A stretch of DNA of 64,000 nucleotides, from the NCBI GenBank assembly GCA_965198235.1, contig OZ240248.1, positions 2,784,001-2,848,000 on the forward strand. Reading direction: 5' to 3'. Positions 29,033-39,276 of the stretch are shown one piece after another. The position numbers and the translations under genes are program-made. The notes beneath the pieces were generated by a model. The model had not been told where the DNA came from, ran no database searches, and worked only from the letters and a program-made list of their open reading frames with translations. The stretch is from Candidatus Poribacteria bacterium (GTDB taxonomy: Bacteria > Poribacteria > WGA-4E > WGA-3G). Positions within the stretch are counted from its first letter, which is position 1. The number at the start of each line of letters is the position of its first letter.

Positions 29033-29635
29033 TCATTCAATTTCCCCGAAATCTTCATCGGATTGGAAACTATCGACACACGAGCGGTTGCAACGCTCTC
29101 CGTGCGCTAACAGCCAGCAGGTGTGATGCTTTAACTTTAGTGAACTTATGAGACACGTACGCAACTGCTCTGGGTCAAAATCCCGTCCCATCAGGAAGCT
29201 GTAGTTGCCCCGTGCCATCGTTTCGCGCCCGCTCCCTTCATTTGGGACAATCGTGATGATTTTGACGTACGGCTGATACCGCTTGACATATTCAAAAAGT
29301 CGCGAGCGCGAACGACGTCTGCAGTCCGCAATTATCATCCGATATTTGTGCAACTTCAACAAACCGATCGCCTCCGATGTCCGCTCTGGAATATCGCATC
29401 CGTAGCCCTCAGAACGCAGAAGGTTTCTTACCTTGTCGTGTAAATCGTCGTCCCGTGAAACGAGCATCACATCGCCTTCCAATTCAGAGACGCTGAAATC
29501 CTCTTGAATATCAAGCGGAATGAGTGCCTCTTCTACTTGTCGGTCAAGACTCCTACGCGCTCGCTGCATCCGATCATCTACGCGATCAAGTCTATCGTCT
29601 AAGTCTGGGAGTGGCTTAAAAAATTTTCTCATCAC
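29033..29635 (-). CDS. Atypical receiver-domain protein with a Cys-rich tail
   Basis: VMLVSRDDD..VRNLLRSEGY..EAIGLL..MIIAD pattern; C-terminal CW..HGERCNRSC. Confidence 0.6.
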   Translation of the reverse strand: MMRKFFKPLPDLDDRLDRVDDRMQRARRSLDRQVEEALIPLDIQEDFSVSELEGDVMLVSRDDDLHDKVRNLLRSEGYGCDIPERTSEAIGLLKLHKYRMIIADCRRRSRSRLFEYVKRYQPYVKIITIVPNEGSGRETMARGNYSFLMGRDFDPEQLRTCLISSLKLKHHTCWLLAHGERCNRSCVDSFQSDEDFGEIE

Positions 29636-29924
29636 TTTATATGTTTACCCGCACAATATTTATCCATAAAAGATGCGAACTGGGGAATGTATGTTTAATT
29701 TTAACGCACCTTATGACATATATCAAGGGATTTTTGTTGATAAAAACTGCGAATTCCTCTAAAATCTCGACATGGCTTAATGGCTGTCGGCTTTCAGGAC
29801 TCAGCAGTCGGTAGATCGCGTAGAAGTCACGGACATTTTGTTCCGTACAATGAACTCTTTACTGACTGCTAAAAGCTGATGGTTAACTACCATAGAGACA
29901 TCGAAACAACAAAGGACAAAAGAA

Positions 29925-30974
29925 ATGTCTATACCACAACTGCCCGTCCCTTCACATTTCGATGCCGTTCAGGTAAACCAGGTCTGGCGGATTCCTTATC
30001 AAGAACGCCAACGCGAGGCACAGGCATGGGCGCGGGAGCATACAATCCGCCCCGCATTCGAGGACAGTTTTCGGACTTGTTTGCTGCTCGTTGATGTCCA
30101 AAATACATTCTGTATCCCCAGTTTTGAACTTTTCGTCGGTGGCAGATCAGGAAATGGCGCGGTAGCAGACAATATCCGTTTGTGTCAATTTATCTATCGT
30201 AATCTACCACACATTACTAAAATCGCTTGCACGCTGGACACACATACGGCGATGCAGATATTCCACGAAGCCTTCTGGATTAACGACGCAGGCGAACACC
30301 CTGCCCCCCTACAGACCCTAATCACACAAGCAGACATTGAGGCAGGCAAATGGCGCGTAAATCCTGCTGTTGTCGGTAGCCTAAACCTACCCATCCAAGT
30401 TCCAGAATCCAATCAATACGCATGGCTCAAGGTGTACAGCGAACACTACGTCAAGACGCTTACTGCCGATGGGAAGTATCCGCTCGCGATATGGCCCTAC
30501 CATGCAATGCTCGGCGGGATCGGGCATGCCGTTGTTTCCGCCGTTGACGAAGCCTGCTTTTTCCACGCCATTGCTCGCGGGACCCAGATACATTATGAAA
30601 TCAAAGGACAGAATCCGTTGACTGAAAACTATTCGGTCTTACGTCCAGAAGTCCTTAACGACTCCGATGGGAAACCGATTGCTCAAAAAAACAGTGCCTT
30701 CCTCGAAATGCTTCTTGAATATGATCGAGTGATTATCGCTGGTCAGGCAAAGAGCCACTGTGTCGCTTGGACTGTCAGTGATCTGCTTACAGAAATTCAG
30801 CAAAAGGATACTGAATTAGCCAAGAAAATCTATTTGGTAGATGACCTGACTTCACCCGTTGTTGTGCCTGGGGTAGTGGACTTCACGGAACCAGCAGACG
30901 AAGTTTTCGCCAGGGTTTCGGATGCGGGGATGCACGTGGTGCAGTCAGCAGAACCGATTGAGCAGTGGGTTTAG
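29925..30974 (+). CDS. Isochorismatase/nicotinamidase-family cysteine hydrolase
   Basis: LLLVDVQNTFC, TLDTH, WPYH, KG.NPLTENYS, GQAKSHCV. Confidence 0.88.
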   Translation: MSIPQLPVPSHFDAVQVNQVWRIPYQERQREAQAWAREHTIRPAFEDSFRTCLLLVDVQNTFCIPSFELFVGGRSGNGAVADNIRLCQFIYRNLPHITKIACTLDTHTAMQIFHEAFWINDAGEHPAPLQTLITQADIEAGKWRVNPAVVGSLNLPIQVPESNQYAWLKVYSEHYVKTLTADGKYPLAIWPYHAMLGGIGHAVVSAVDEACFFHAIARGTQIHYEIKGQNPLTENYSVLRPEVLNDSDGKPIAQKNSAFLEMLLEYDRVIIAGQAKSHCVAWTVSDLLTEIQQKDTELAKKIYLVDDLTSPVVVPGVVDFTEPADEVFARVSDAGMHVVQSAEPIEQWV

Positions 30975-31160
30975 CAAACAATTTTTTAGTTATTGCTTGC
31001 GAGCGGTGAGAGCCGTTTCGTAAAACAGTTTTTCTTTTCTGTCCGCAGTCAACTGCTCCGTAGTAAGAATGCCTGCTACGCGTTTTGGTTAACAATTTTA
31101 AAAAGGACATACAGGATGATTGGAAACCTGCCCGAGACGAAGTGGAGGGGTTTTTGCTTA

Positions 31161-31330
31161 AGAAATCCGCAGGGAAATCCGCAGAAATCCGCAGGGAAAT
31201 CCGCAGAAATCCGCAGAAACACCCTATCAAAAACCCCTATCAAAAACCCCTATCAAAAATCCCAAGCAATACGCAGAAATACGCAGAAATACGCAGAAAC
31301 GCCCTATCAAAAACCCCAAGCAAAAACGGT
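31161..31330. repeat. Modular intergenic repeat: (AAATCCGCAG)n, (CCCTATCAAAAA)n, (AAATACGCAG)n
   Basis: Tandem 10-12-mers; same family as 2745-2830 and 33185-33260. Confidence 0.85.
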
Positions 31331-31361
31331 GTTTCTTTGTCCAGGAGGAATAAATTAAAAA

Positions 31362-32624
31362 ATGGAAAATAGACAAACAGGATTAGAAACCTTCGCACGG
31401 TTGTCAGGAATGATGTTCCTTCAGTTCGCTATATGGGGAGCATGGGCAGTGCTCATTGCTGGGCACATGCAAAATCTTGGGTTCTCCGGTAAGCAGATTA
31501 GCTACGTCTTTGGCACCACCGCTATCGGTTCGATAATTTCTCCAATCATCGCAGGGTGGATCGCGGATCGACTCATGCCAGCGCAAGTATTTGCCGCGAT
31601 CTCGCACCTCCTTGGCGGTGTCTGCCTGCTTTTCGCATGGAAGCAGACCAGCTTCCCGATGATGTGGGGCGCAATTTTCCTGCATGCCATTCTCTACATG
31701 CCGACAATCGCCCTGACGAACGCGATCGCTTTCCACCATATGGGACAGTCAGACAAATTCGGAAACATACGGGTCTTTGGAACGCTCGGTTGGATCGCGA
31801 TTAATTGGATATTGAGTCTGTATCTCCGATTTTGGGAAGGACAGGAGACAACCCTGCCACACGTCGGCGACTGCCTCCTCTTTGGAGCCGTCCTTTCATT
31901 CATTATGGGTGCCTACTGCTTGACGTTGCCAAACACCCCACCGAGCAAAGAGGCAAAAAATCCTTACGCTTTTCTTGAAGCCTTTTCCCTCGTCTCAAAC
32001 CGAAACTTCGCTGTACTACTGATTATCTCCTTCGTTGTTGCTATTGAACTCCCCTTCTATTACAACTTGACATACCTGTTTCTAACCGAGGCAGAACACG
32101 GTGTTGGTTTAGCAGGAAGTAGTGCCAATTTAGCGATGAGTCTCGGTCAAGTCGCCGAGGTTCTTTTGATGCTCCTCCTATTTCCGTGTTTGCGGCGGTT
32201 TGGCATGCGGTTTACTATCTTTTTGGGTATCCTTGCGTGGCCCGTTCGTTATGCCATCTTCGCCATCGGTCAACCCGTATGGTTGGTTGTCGGTGCACAA
32301 ACATTACACGGCATCTGCTATTCGTTCTTTTTCGTCGGTGGAATGATCGCTGTGGAACGGCTGAGTTCGCAAGATATTCGAGCGAGTTCTCAATCCTTGC
32401 TCCTCTTTGTTACGAATGGGTTCGGGATGTTAGTAGGACATATTGTCAGCGGTCGTGTGCATGACTTCTTCGCTTACGCAGAAGGTGGGCACGCGTGGGC
32501 GAAAATCTTTATGGTGCCGATTGTCGTAACAGTCTTTGCTGCAATCGCCTTCATCCTGTTATTCAACGAACAGAAATATCAGGCGGATGCAGAGGCAATC
32601 GAACAAGACACCGCGAGCACATAA
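31362..32624 (+). CDS. MFS nucleoside:H+ symporter family (NupG/XapB-like)
   Basis: RLSGMMFLQFAIWGAW, YMPTIALTN, IRVFGTLGWI, GQVAE, LHGICYSFFF. Confidence 0.88.
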   Translation: MENRQTGLETFARLSGMMFLQFAIWGAWAVLIAGHMQNLGFSGKQISYVFGTTAIGSIISPIIAGWIADRLMPAQVFAAISHLLGGVCLLFAWKQTSFPMMWGAIFLHAILYMPTIALTNAIAFHHMGQSDKFGNIRVFGTLGWIAINWILSLYLRFWEGQETTLPHVGDCLLFGAVLSFIMGAYCLTLPNTPPSKEAKNPYAFLEAFSLVSNRNFAVLLIISFVVAIELPFYYNLTYLFLTEAEHGVGLAGSSANLAMSLGQVAEVLLMLLLFPCLRRFGMRFTIFLGILAWPVRYAIFAIGQPVWLVVGAQTLHGICYSFFFVGGMIAVERLSSQDIRASSQSLLLFVTNGFGMLVGHIVSGRVHDFFAYAEGGHAWAKIFMVPIVVTVFAAIAFILLFNEQKYQADAEAIEQDTAST

Positions 32625-32638
32625 TTGAGGTTAAAGTT

Positions 32639-32830
32639 ATGTCAACTCACAAAACCCTCGTGCTTCACCCCTCTGGTGAGAATTTATCAATTTCAGCAAT
32701 GCAGGATTGGCACATCATTGTTTCTGATGATGCTACCGCTGCTGAGCGTTACGCTGCCGAAGAGTTCAAAAAATGGTTTAGCCAAGCAACCGGGCTGACG
32801 TTACCACTGAATACATCACGTTATGCGAAC
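32639..32830 (+). pseudogene. N-terminal fragment of a DUF4838/glycoside-hydrolase-like protein
   Basis: WHIIVSDDATAAERYAAEEFKKWFSQATGLTLP, then the sequence degenerates; end approximate. Confidence 0.55.
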
Positions 32831-33042
32831 GCTACAACATGTCGCACGCCGCAGAAACGCAAACAGCAGAAGCGTATTTCGAGGAGCTCCGCAGCCAATA
32901 GCAGACAATTCTCAACCCACTACATTTCTCTTTTTTAACTATTGACACTTGGGCATCGTTCCATTACATTCCACGATGGTTTCTGGTAAAGTTAGTAACC
33001 TCTCATAACCTAACGTAGGTTCTCTACTTAGACGGAAACCAC

Positions 33043-33086
33043 TGCGAAGCAAAATTATGCCTTAAGTGGCATAATTTTGCTTCGCA
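33043..33086. repeat. Perfect 19-bp inverted repeat hairpin
   Basis: TGCGAAGCAAAATTATGCC-TTAAGT-GGCATAATTTTGCTTCGCA. Confidence 0.85.
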
Positions 33087-33142
33087 TTGTCCCGCAGGTT
33101 TCCTATAGAGGCTTGCGCAGAATGCTTTACATTTGGAGCAGT

Positions 33143-33272
33143 TTAACCATCAACTCGACTCCGTTATAAATGTTAAAGCACGAGTGTTTTTGCTTGGGGT
33201 TTTTGCTTGGGGTTTTTGATAGGGTGTTTCTGCGGATTTCTGTGGATTTCTGCGGATTTCTTCGATGGTTAA
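33143..33272. mobile_element. MITE-like repeat bounded by TTAACCATC/GATGGTTAA
   Basis: Inverted ends enclose the modular repeats; related end at 8912-8959. Confidence 0.55.
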
Positions 33273-33293
33273 CAGATTTCCATAATTAAAAAA

Positions 33294-36041
33294 ATGTTTG
33301 ATTTCCGAACCCCACTTTTCCTGATCCTACTCATCGCGATTCCTGTGCTAATCTTTGTGCAATGGAGAGCACACCTCAGCACAGCGAAGTGGCGAAAGCG
33401 CGTAACCTTCTGCCTCAGAGGTACCGCGCTTCTGTGTGCAATTCTCGCCTTAGCCAACCTGCACCGGACGCATAAGGAACAACGACTCGCTGTCGTTTTC
33501 TTAATCGACACTTCCGAAAGCATCCAGCCCACACAATACGTAGAAGTATCCAAACAGATAAATGCCACTGTCACAAAATTGAAACCAGCTGACCAATTCG
33601 GCATTATCAGTTTTGCGAGGGAAGCCGTGGTCCGGCTGAAAATCCGTCAGAAGCAAGATCAACCAACGGAAATCGCGCCTATAGTGTCCTTGGAAACACT
33701 GGCAGAACAAACGATCCGGCGAGATGGCACCGATGTACTTACCGCACTCAAGCGTGCAATCGCCTTATTACCAGACAATTACCACCGACGGATAGTCCTA
33801 TTGAGCGATGGAGTGCACAACGCTGGTGGAACATCCCTCAAAGACTATCTGCCGTTGCTCTCGGCAAGCAACGTTGAGATATTAACGGTCCCTCTCGGTA
33901 CTGTTAACGATGCAGTTCGGGTAGTGCAGCTGCGGATGCCGTCTCAGGTTCGCAAAGGACAAAGTTTTGAGATTGGTGCAGTGATCGAAACTGATGGTAG
34001 TATCCCCACAATAACCGCCACCCTCTATCACAAAAACAGGTCGATCGACGAGTTTGAATGGACATTGCCAAGAGGTATACACCCTCTCTCCTTAACCTCT
34101 GAACGGTTTTTAGAAGAGGGAAATCATAGGTACACGCTGAAGCTGAACGTAACCGATGAAATTCCCGAAAATAATCAGGGACACGGGGTTGTGACAATTC
34201 AGGATAAACCACACGCCCTATACGTGGAAGAAGATCTGGCACACGCTGCGGCATTGGAAACCGTCCTTGAAGAGAACGGCTTCGTTATTGAGGCAATATC
34301 CCCCACAGAGATGCCAGCGGAATTGGTGGAACTCCAACGCAGCCATGTCTTGATTCTGAGCAACGTTTCTGCAGAGACATTCTCATCTGAGCAGCTGCAG
34401 AGCATCGAAAATTACGTCCGCGACCTCGGGCACGGATTAGTGGTTATCGGTGGCGAACGCGCGTACGGACCCGGAGGCTATACCGATACGGCGTTGGAAC
34501 GCACATTACCCGTGGAAATGACACCGCGTGAACGCAAGGACGCTGTCGCAATTGTTTTCGTGCTCGATACATCGGGGAGTATGGCAAACTACGTTGAGGC
34601 GCGGCAGAAAATCGGACTCGCCATTGAAGGGGTTCGTACTGGCATCCGCAATCTCGATGAGGAAGATGTAGCGGGAATTCTCGGCTTTAACGTAGATGTT
34701 CACACTATCTCCGATCTTACATCTGATCACGATGCGCTCCGCCAAACCGTGAGTCGGCTTAGGCCCACAGGCGGCACCACGAAGATGAAAGATGCTACTA
34801 AACGGGCTTACGAGATGCTCAAAGCAAACGACGCAAAACGGCAGCACATCGTTCTCTTATCAGATGGTAAATCTGATGATGATATGTCTGCTTTCCTTGA
34901 CTTAGCCGAACAGATTGCTGAAGCACGCATCAGTGTCACGACGATCGCGATAGGTGATGCAAACAGAGAACTCCTCACGCAGTTCGCAGAGAAGGGTAGC
35001 GGACGTGCTGTCTTTGTGGAAAATATTCAACAATTGCCAGCGATTTTAACGGAAGCTGTCCGAGAAACGCAGCGTTACATCGTTCAAGAACCCTTTCAAC
35101 CCGTTATTGCTACGACAACTGAATCCATTGTGGCAGGTATCGTTGCACCACCACCGCTCCATGGGTATGTTGCCACGACTGAAAAAGAGACTGCACAGGT
35201 GTTCATCCATTCGCATAAAGACGAACCGATCCTCGCAGGTTGGAATTTCGGTTTAGGGAAAGCGATCGCGTGGACATCAGATGTTAAACCGGCATGGGCA
35301 AAAGAGTGGATTCTCTGGCACAACTTCGGAAAATTTTGGGGACAAGTTATCAATTGGACGCTCCCCGCGGCAGACGCAGGCTCCGACTTCGATCTCAGAG
35401 TATCCATGCACCACAGCGTGGCGGAGGTCAATATTGATACACGAACACCATCAGAAGCGTCTTACAAAGTCCACGTCGTAGGTCCAGATCGCGCAAGTGA
35501 GATCGTTGAAATCCAACAGGTTACACCGACACGTTACAGCGGCACGTTCCAGATGCAGGACCGTGGATCCTATATCGTCACTGCCGAGCGTGAAGGTGAT
35601 ACACGTAGAAGTATCGAAACCCTGTCGCTCCCTTATCCGGCAGAATACGCGGAGTTTAGGGTCGATACCACTTCGCTGAAAATGCTCGCGACTGGCACTG
35701 CTGGTATTTATGAACCTACACCCACACAGATAGCAGCACCGGCTGGGGTGCCAATTGAAAGGCAGACTTCGCTTGCCCAAGTACTATTGGTTGTCGCCGC
35801 CATCCTGTTTGTGTTAGAGATGATCCTCCGGCGTTTCAGCATAACAAATAGGTATCTCGCAGAGTTTCTCGCTCGATTCCGTGGAAAATCTGCGATTAGC
35901 CCGGTAGAGGCTCAAGCCATACACGCACCGACGGAGGACACTATGCCATCGGATAGACGCAACACAGAAGACACAACGCCTCCGCAGTCATCAGAAGTTT
36001 CGATGACTCGATTATTAGCCGCCAAAAGGCGCGCACGTTGA
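33294..36041 (+). CDS. Membrane protein with two VWA domains and glutamine-amidotransferase-like domains
   Basis: BatA-like N-terminus, DTSES and DTSGSM MIDAS motifs, LLSDG, GLVVIGG..AYGPGGY. Confidence 0.85.
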   Translation: MFDFRTPLFLILLIAIPVLIFVQWRAHLSTAKWRKRVTFCLRGTALLCAILALANLHRTHKEQRLAVVFLIDTSESIQPTQYVEVSKQINATVTKLKPADQFGIISFAREAVVRLKIRQKQDQPTEIAPIVSLETLAEQTIRRDGTDVLTALKRAIALLPDNYHRRIVLLSDGVHNAGGTSLKDYLPLLSASNVEILTVPLGTVNDAVRVVQLRMPSQVRKGQSFEIGAVIETDGSIPTITATLYHKNRSIDEFEWTLPRGIHPLSLTSERFLEEGNHRYTLKLNVTDEIPENNQGHGVVTIQDKPHALYVEEDLAHAAALETVLEENGFVIEAISPTEMPAELVELQRSHVLILSNVSAETFSSEQLQSIENYVRDLGHGLVVIGGERAYGPGGYTDTALERTLPVEMTPRERKDAVAIVFVLDTSGSMANYVEARQKIGLAIEGVRTGIRNLDEEDVAGILGFNVDVHTISDLTSDHDALRQTVSRLRPTGGTTKMKDATKRAYEMLKANDAKRQHIVLLSDGKSDDDMSAFLDLAEQIAEARISVTTIAIGDANRELLTQFAEKGSGRAVFVENIQQLPAILTEAVRETQRYIVQEPFQPVIATTTESIVAGIVAPPPLHGYVATTEKETAQVFIHSHKDEPILAGWNFGLGKAIAWTSDVKPAWAKEWILWHNFGKFWGQVINWTLPAADAGSDFDLRVSMHHSVAEVNIDTRTPSEASYKVHVVGPDRASEIVEIQQVTPTRYSGTFQMQDRGSYIVTAEREGDTRRSIETLSLPYPAEYAEFRVDTTSLKMLATGTAGIYEPTPTQIAAPAGVPIERQTSLAQVLLVVAAILFVLEMILRRFSITNRYLAEFLARFRGKSAISPVEAQAIHAPTEDTMPSDRRNTEDTTPPQSSEVSMTRLLAAKRRAR

Positions 36042-36179
36042 TGCTGCGCGGTCAGCATGTACGATTTTTGCTAAAGGATTAAACTATTGGGAGTAGGTTG
36101 GTGTGAATTGAATTGAGTCTGAAGTGAGTTTTCAAGATATGGTCTCTGCTTCGGGTTATTTCGTTTTCGCGGAAACTTT

Positions 36180-36328
36180 AGTCCCGTGGGGACAATATCT
36201 GTGTAGAAAGTCATTAGGGGTCAGCAATCGGTGATCAGGGGTTAGCCAATGCCTCTTGAGTCCCGTAGGGGCGATATCTGTGTAGAAAAGGGGTTCCCCG
36301 GCTCCAAAAGCCCCGTAGGGGCGGCATT
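36180..36328. repeat. REP-like repeats
   Basis: AGTCCCGT(G/A)GGG..ATATCTGTGTAGAAA twice, plus GCCCCGTAGGGGC. Confidence 0.7.
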
Positions 36329-36343
36329 TGTCAGCATTTCGTC

Positions 36344-37204
36344 TCAAACTTCGTCAGGAACCATCGCTCCTACCGGAAAGCTGAATGAACCTGGTCTCTG
36401 CTGAATATTTTCCTGTGCCAATTGATAATACTGAGGTAAAATTTCAATGCCAACAGAATTTCTTAATAACGTTTGAGCGACCTGACACGTCGTACCGGCA
36501 CCTGCAAACGGATCAAGCACCCAATCATTTTCTTTCGTAAACAACTTGATAAACCATTCGGGCAGTGCCTTAGGAAAAACGGCACTGTGTTTCCGATTTC
36601 CCGTTTCCGTCGCCAAGTGTAAAACATTCGTTGGATACGCCATTTTTCGATCTAACCAATTTGAGACATTCTTACCAAACCCACTCCCGACTTTTGATGT
36701 ATCCCGATTTTGATCTGTTTCGCTGAGATTCTTTAACCTTTTCTCCGCCCAATCTCCCATCGGCACCATGACTGCCTCTTGGTACATATTGAACTTTTTG
36801 CTTTTATTAAACTGCAGACATCTTTCCCAAGCGTCCCTGAATCGGTTCGGCCACTTGCCCGGATAGCAGTTTTTCTTGTGCCAGACAAATTCCTCTGTCC
36901 ACAACCACCCCTGCTTTCTCATTTCAAGTATCAACTCAATGACATAAGTATGCCGTTCCCCATCAATAGCCTGCTCTTTGATGTTCAGAATGAACGTGCC
37001 AGACGGCTTGAGGACTCTCAAAAATTCTTCAGCACGGGGCATAAACCAATTGACATATTCATCAGGGCTGATTCCGCCATACGTTTTGGATCGGCGATCC
37101 GCATACGGCGGAGAAGTCATAATCAGGTCGAATGAATCGGTGTCAAAATCGGAGAGTACCTCCACGCAATCTCCAAGATAAAGGTCTGTTTTTATTCGTG
37201 TCAT
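36344..37204 (-). CDS. Orphan beta-class DNA methyltransferase (N4-C/N6-A)
   Basis: LYLGDC, TSPPY, RVLKPSG, HSAVFP, VLDPFAGAGTT; no adjacent endonuclease. Confidence 0.9.
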   Translation of the reverse strand: MTRIKTDLYLGDCVEVLSDFDTDSFDLIMTSPPYADRRSKTYGGISPDEYVNWFMPRAEEFLRVLKPSGTFILNIKEQAIDGERHTYVIELILEMRKQGWLWTEEFVWHKKNCYPGKWPNRFRDAWERCLQFNKSKKFNMYQEAVMVPMGDWAEKRLKNLSETDQNRDTSKVGSGFGKNVSNWLDRKMAYPTNVLHLATETGNRKHSAVFPKALPEWFIKLFTKENDWVLDPFAGAGTTCQVAQTLLRNSVGIEILPQYYQLAQENIQQRPGSFSFPVGAMVPDEV

Positions 37205-37411
37205 CCAATAATCTGCCTTTACGTGAGTAATTACCAAGATAATACCATACCTGCACCAAAAAATCGAGCAAAAGGTTAGCACTTACGCATCACTTTACGC
37301 GGAAACGTCAACGCTCCGATAGGTGTATAGGTCGTAGGTGTGAAGGAAAAAGGGATGGCTATTGATGCAGATAGAAGACCTCTGCAATGAGATCATCGTA
37401 TAGATACTATA

Positions 37412-37544
37412 TAGGACTTACGCATTTCCTCTTAAAGTCCCCCTGATAAGGGGGATTTAGGGGGTTAAATCACTGAAATACTCTCACTGCGAGGCATTTT
37501 TTGGTGAGATATATTGCCGCTTTACGCAATTTGCGTAAGTCCTG
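37412..37544. mobile_element. MITE with AGGACTTACGCA termini and a 5-bp target duplication CTATA
   Basis: TAGGACTTACGCA...TGCGTAAGTCCTG; CTATA at 37407-37411 and 37545-37549. Confidence 0.88.
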
Positions 37545-37661
37545 CTATAGTGAAACCCAACACCTCAGTCCAAGTTACGTTCGTATGTATGAAGTGTTGG
37601 GTTCATTCATTTTGGAAGGCTTCAAATAAAATGAAACAACCAAAAGGCGCGCACGTTAAGG

Positions 37662-39119
37662 TTATGCCAACGGGCGCTGTCGAATCTCATGCCAAGGACC
37701 CGTGATCGCCAGCGTAATCCCGTGACTCTGAATGTTCACAAAAAGAGTCGTACCATCAGGTGAGAACGTCGCGCCCGCGAGTTCAGACATATTACCTGCA
37801 TTTCGAGCGAATCGATAGAGATGTCCGTCAGGTGTCACCCCAATCAGAAACTCCTCTTCTGGACCGTCTTCGCAGATAATCAGATCCCCCCACGGTGTGA
37901 CAGTCAGGTTATCGGCGTTTTCCATGAGATTCCTGTCGTTTGGCTCAATGAAAAGTTGAAGTGTGCCGGGTTGTTTTGCTTCCCGGCTTGTGCCTTCATA
38001 AGGACTCGGTATGTATTTCCAGATCTGCCCTTTGTACGCAATACCACCATTCGTGCAGGCGATATAAAATTCTCCATTGTCGGAGTCACCACCGTACCAA
38101 ATCCCTTCACCTCGTGCGAACTTCGCCGCGTCTTTACCTTCAGTTCCTTGTATGCGGAGATCGTCGTCCGGTGATTCTACGTTCTCAATATCTACCCATT
38201 CAACTGTGAGGGTTTCTCCGATCGGAAGCGGGTTGTACGTCCATGGGAAAATCTTTTGCATCCGGCTTCGCCAGTTTCGGGTGTCTGCGCGCTTCAGATC
38301 CCGAATCTTCAGTGCCTGAAGTTTGCCACCTGCCGCGAGTTCACCCGGCGTGTCTGGGATAAACCGATAGATTAAACTATCGCCCCTGTCTTCGGTTTGA
38401 TAGACAATCCCGGTTCTCGGATCAACAGCGACTGCCTCATGGTTGAAACGTCCCATTGCCTTCAACGGGATAGGCGAGGCTAATCCTATATCAGCAGAAA
38501 CCGGCACCTCAAAATTATACCCATGGTCCACTTCGTACGTTTCCTCTGCCTTCTGCATGGTTTCTTCACAGGTTATCCATGTGTTCCAAGGCGTGAGACC
38601 ACCGGCACAATTCCGGATCGTCCCCGTCAGACTCAAGAAATGTTTCTCCAGCGTCTGGGTCCGCGTGTCATAGACGAGCGTCGTGGTCCCACCGAGGCAA
38701 GGCAATTCACCGGATCCAGCATCATATAAATTGTCGATAGCAGCGCGTTCCAGTTTCTCGTTATTCCATCCAAAGGGTCCGACGTTTTTGGCTGTGGCGA
38801 TCAATTCGTGATTTCGGACGAGAATAGTTTTGCCGTTGGGACCGGGGAAAGCTGCCATACCATCGTGTCCGCCCGGCACCCAAAGTCCATCGTCCATCTT
38901 TTCACCTGTTCTCGAAAAAGCGTGGGCGGTGAATCCTTCGGGGAGGTCAAGAAGGCGATTTGGAGTCGGCGTGTATTCGTAAGGCGGATCAGGTCTGAAG
39001 CCCGGCACTGTTTGAATCAACGCTCGGCTACACCCCAAAAATCCGAGGCTGACTGCTGTAGATGTGACCGAGAGTGTGCCATAACGTAGAAATTGCCGTC
39101 GAGATAGTTTATTCTTCAT
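37662..39119 (-). CDS. phoX: Tat-exported alkaline phosphatase PhoX (DUF839)
   Basis: SRRQFL Tat motif, HDGMAAF, LVRNHE, NCAGG.TPW.TW.TCEE, GRFNHEA, RGEG, DNL, ICED. Confidence 0.88.
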   Translation of the reverse strand: MKNKLSRRQFLRYGTLSVTSTAVSLGFLGCSRALIQTVPGFRPDPPYEYTPTPNRLLDLPEGFTAHAFSRTGEKMDDGLWVPGGHDGMAAFPGPNGKTILVRNHELIATAKNVGPFGWNNEKLERAAIDNLYDAGSGELPCLGGTTTLVYDTRTQTLEKHFLSLTGTIRNCAGGLTPWNTWITCEETMQKAEETYEVDHGYNFEVPVSADIGLASPIPLKAMGRFNHEAVAVDPRTGIVYQTEDRGDSLIYRFIPDTPGELAAGGKLQALKIRDLKRADTRNWRSRMQKIFPWTYNPLPIGETLTVEWVDIENVESPDDDLRIQGTEGKDAAKFARGEGIWYGGDSDNGEFYIACTNGGIAYKGQIWKYIPSPYEGTSREAKQPGTLQLFIEPNDRNLMENADNLTVTPWGDLIICEDGPEEEFLIGVTPDGHLYRFARNAGNMSELAGATFSPDGTTLFVNIQSHGITLAITGPWHEIRQRPLA

Positions 39120-39150
39120 AAAGTTCCCTCACCAAGCGTTAAAGCAGTAA

Positions 39151-39272
39151 TAGGACTTACGCAAATTGAGCAAATATAGGGCATTCCCACGCAAAAAGTG
39201 GCAATTTCAGTGTTTTTACCCCCCTAAATCCCCCTTATCAGGGGGACTTTAAGAGGAAATGCGTAAGTCCTG
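39151..39272. mobile_element. MITE, inverted copy of 37412-37544
   Basis: Same termini and shared CCCCCTAAATCCCCCTTATCAGGGGGACTTTAAGAGG core. Confidence 0.88.
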
Positions 39273-39276
39273 TGTT

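Noticed and set aside
28985-29035. TGA of the receiver-like gene is followed in frame by TGC two codons later (U-T-G-C) and runs without a stop into the CYTH gene, suggesting a second selenoprotein
   Set aside because: The 48-bp spacer contains a piece of a dispersed repeat (CCCGCAGGTTTCC), no convincing SECIS is visible and both proteins look complete; probably chance
31140-31330. Possible CRISPR array
   Set aside because: Tandem 10-12-mers without unique spacers; no cas genes in the window
36344-37282. Complete restriction-modification system
   Set aside because: No endonuclease gene on either side; treated as an orphan methylase
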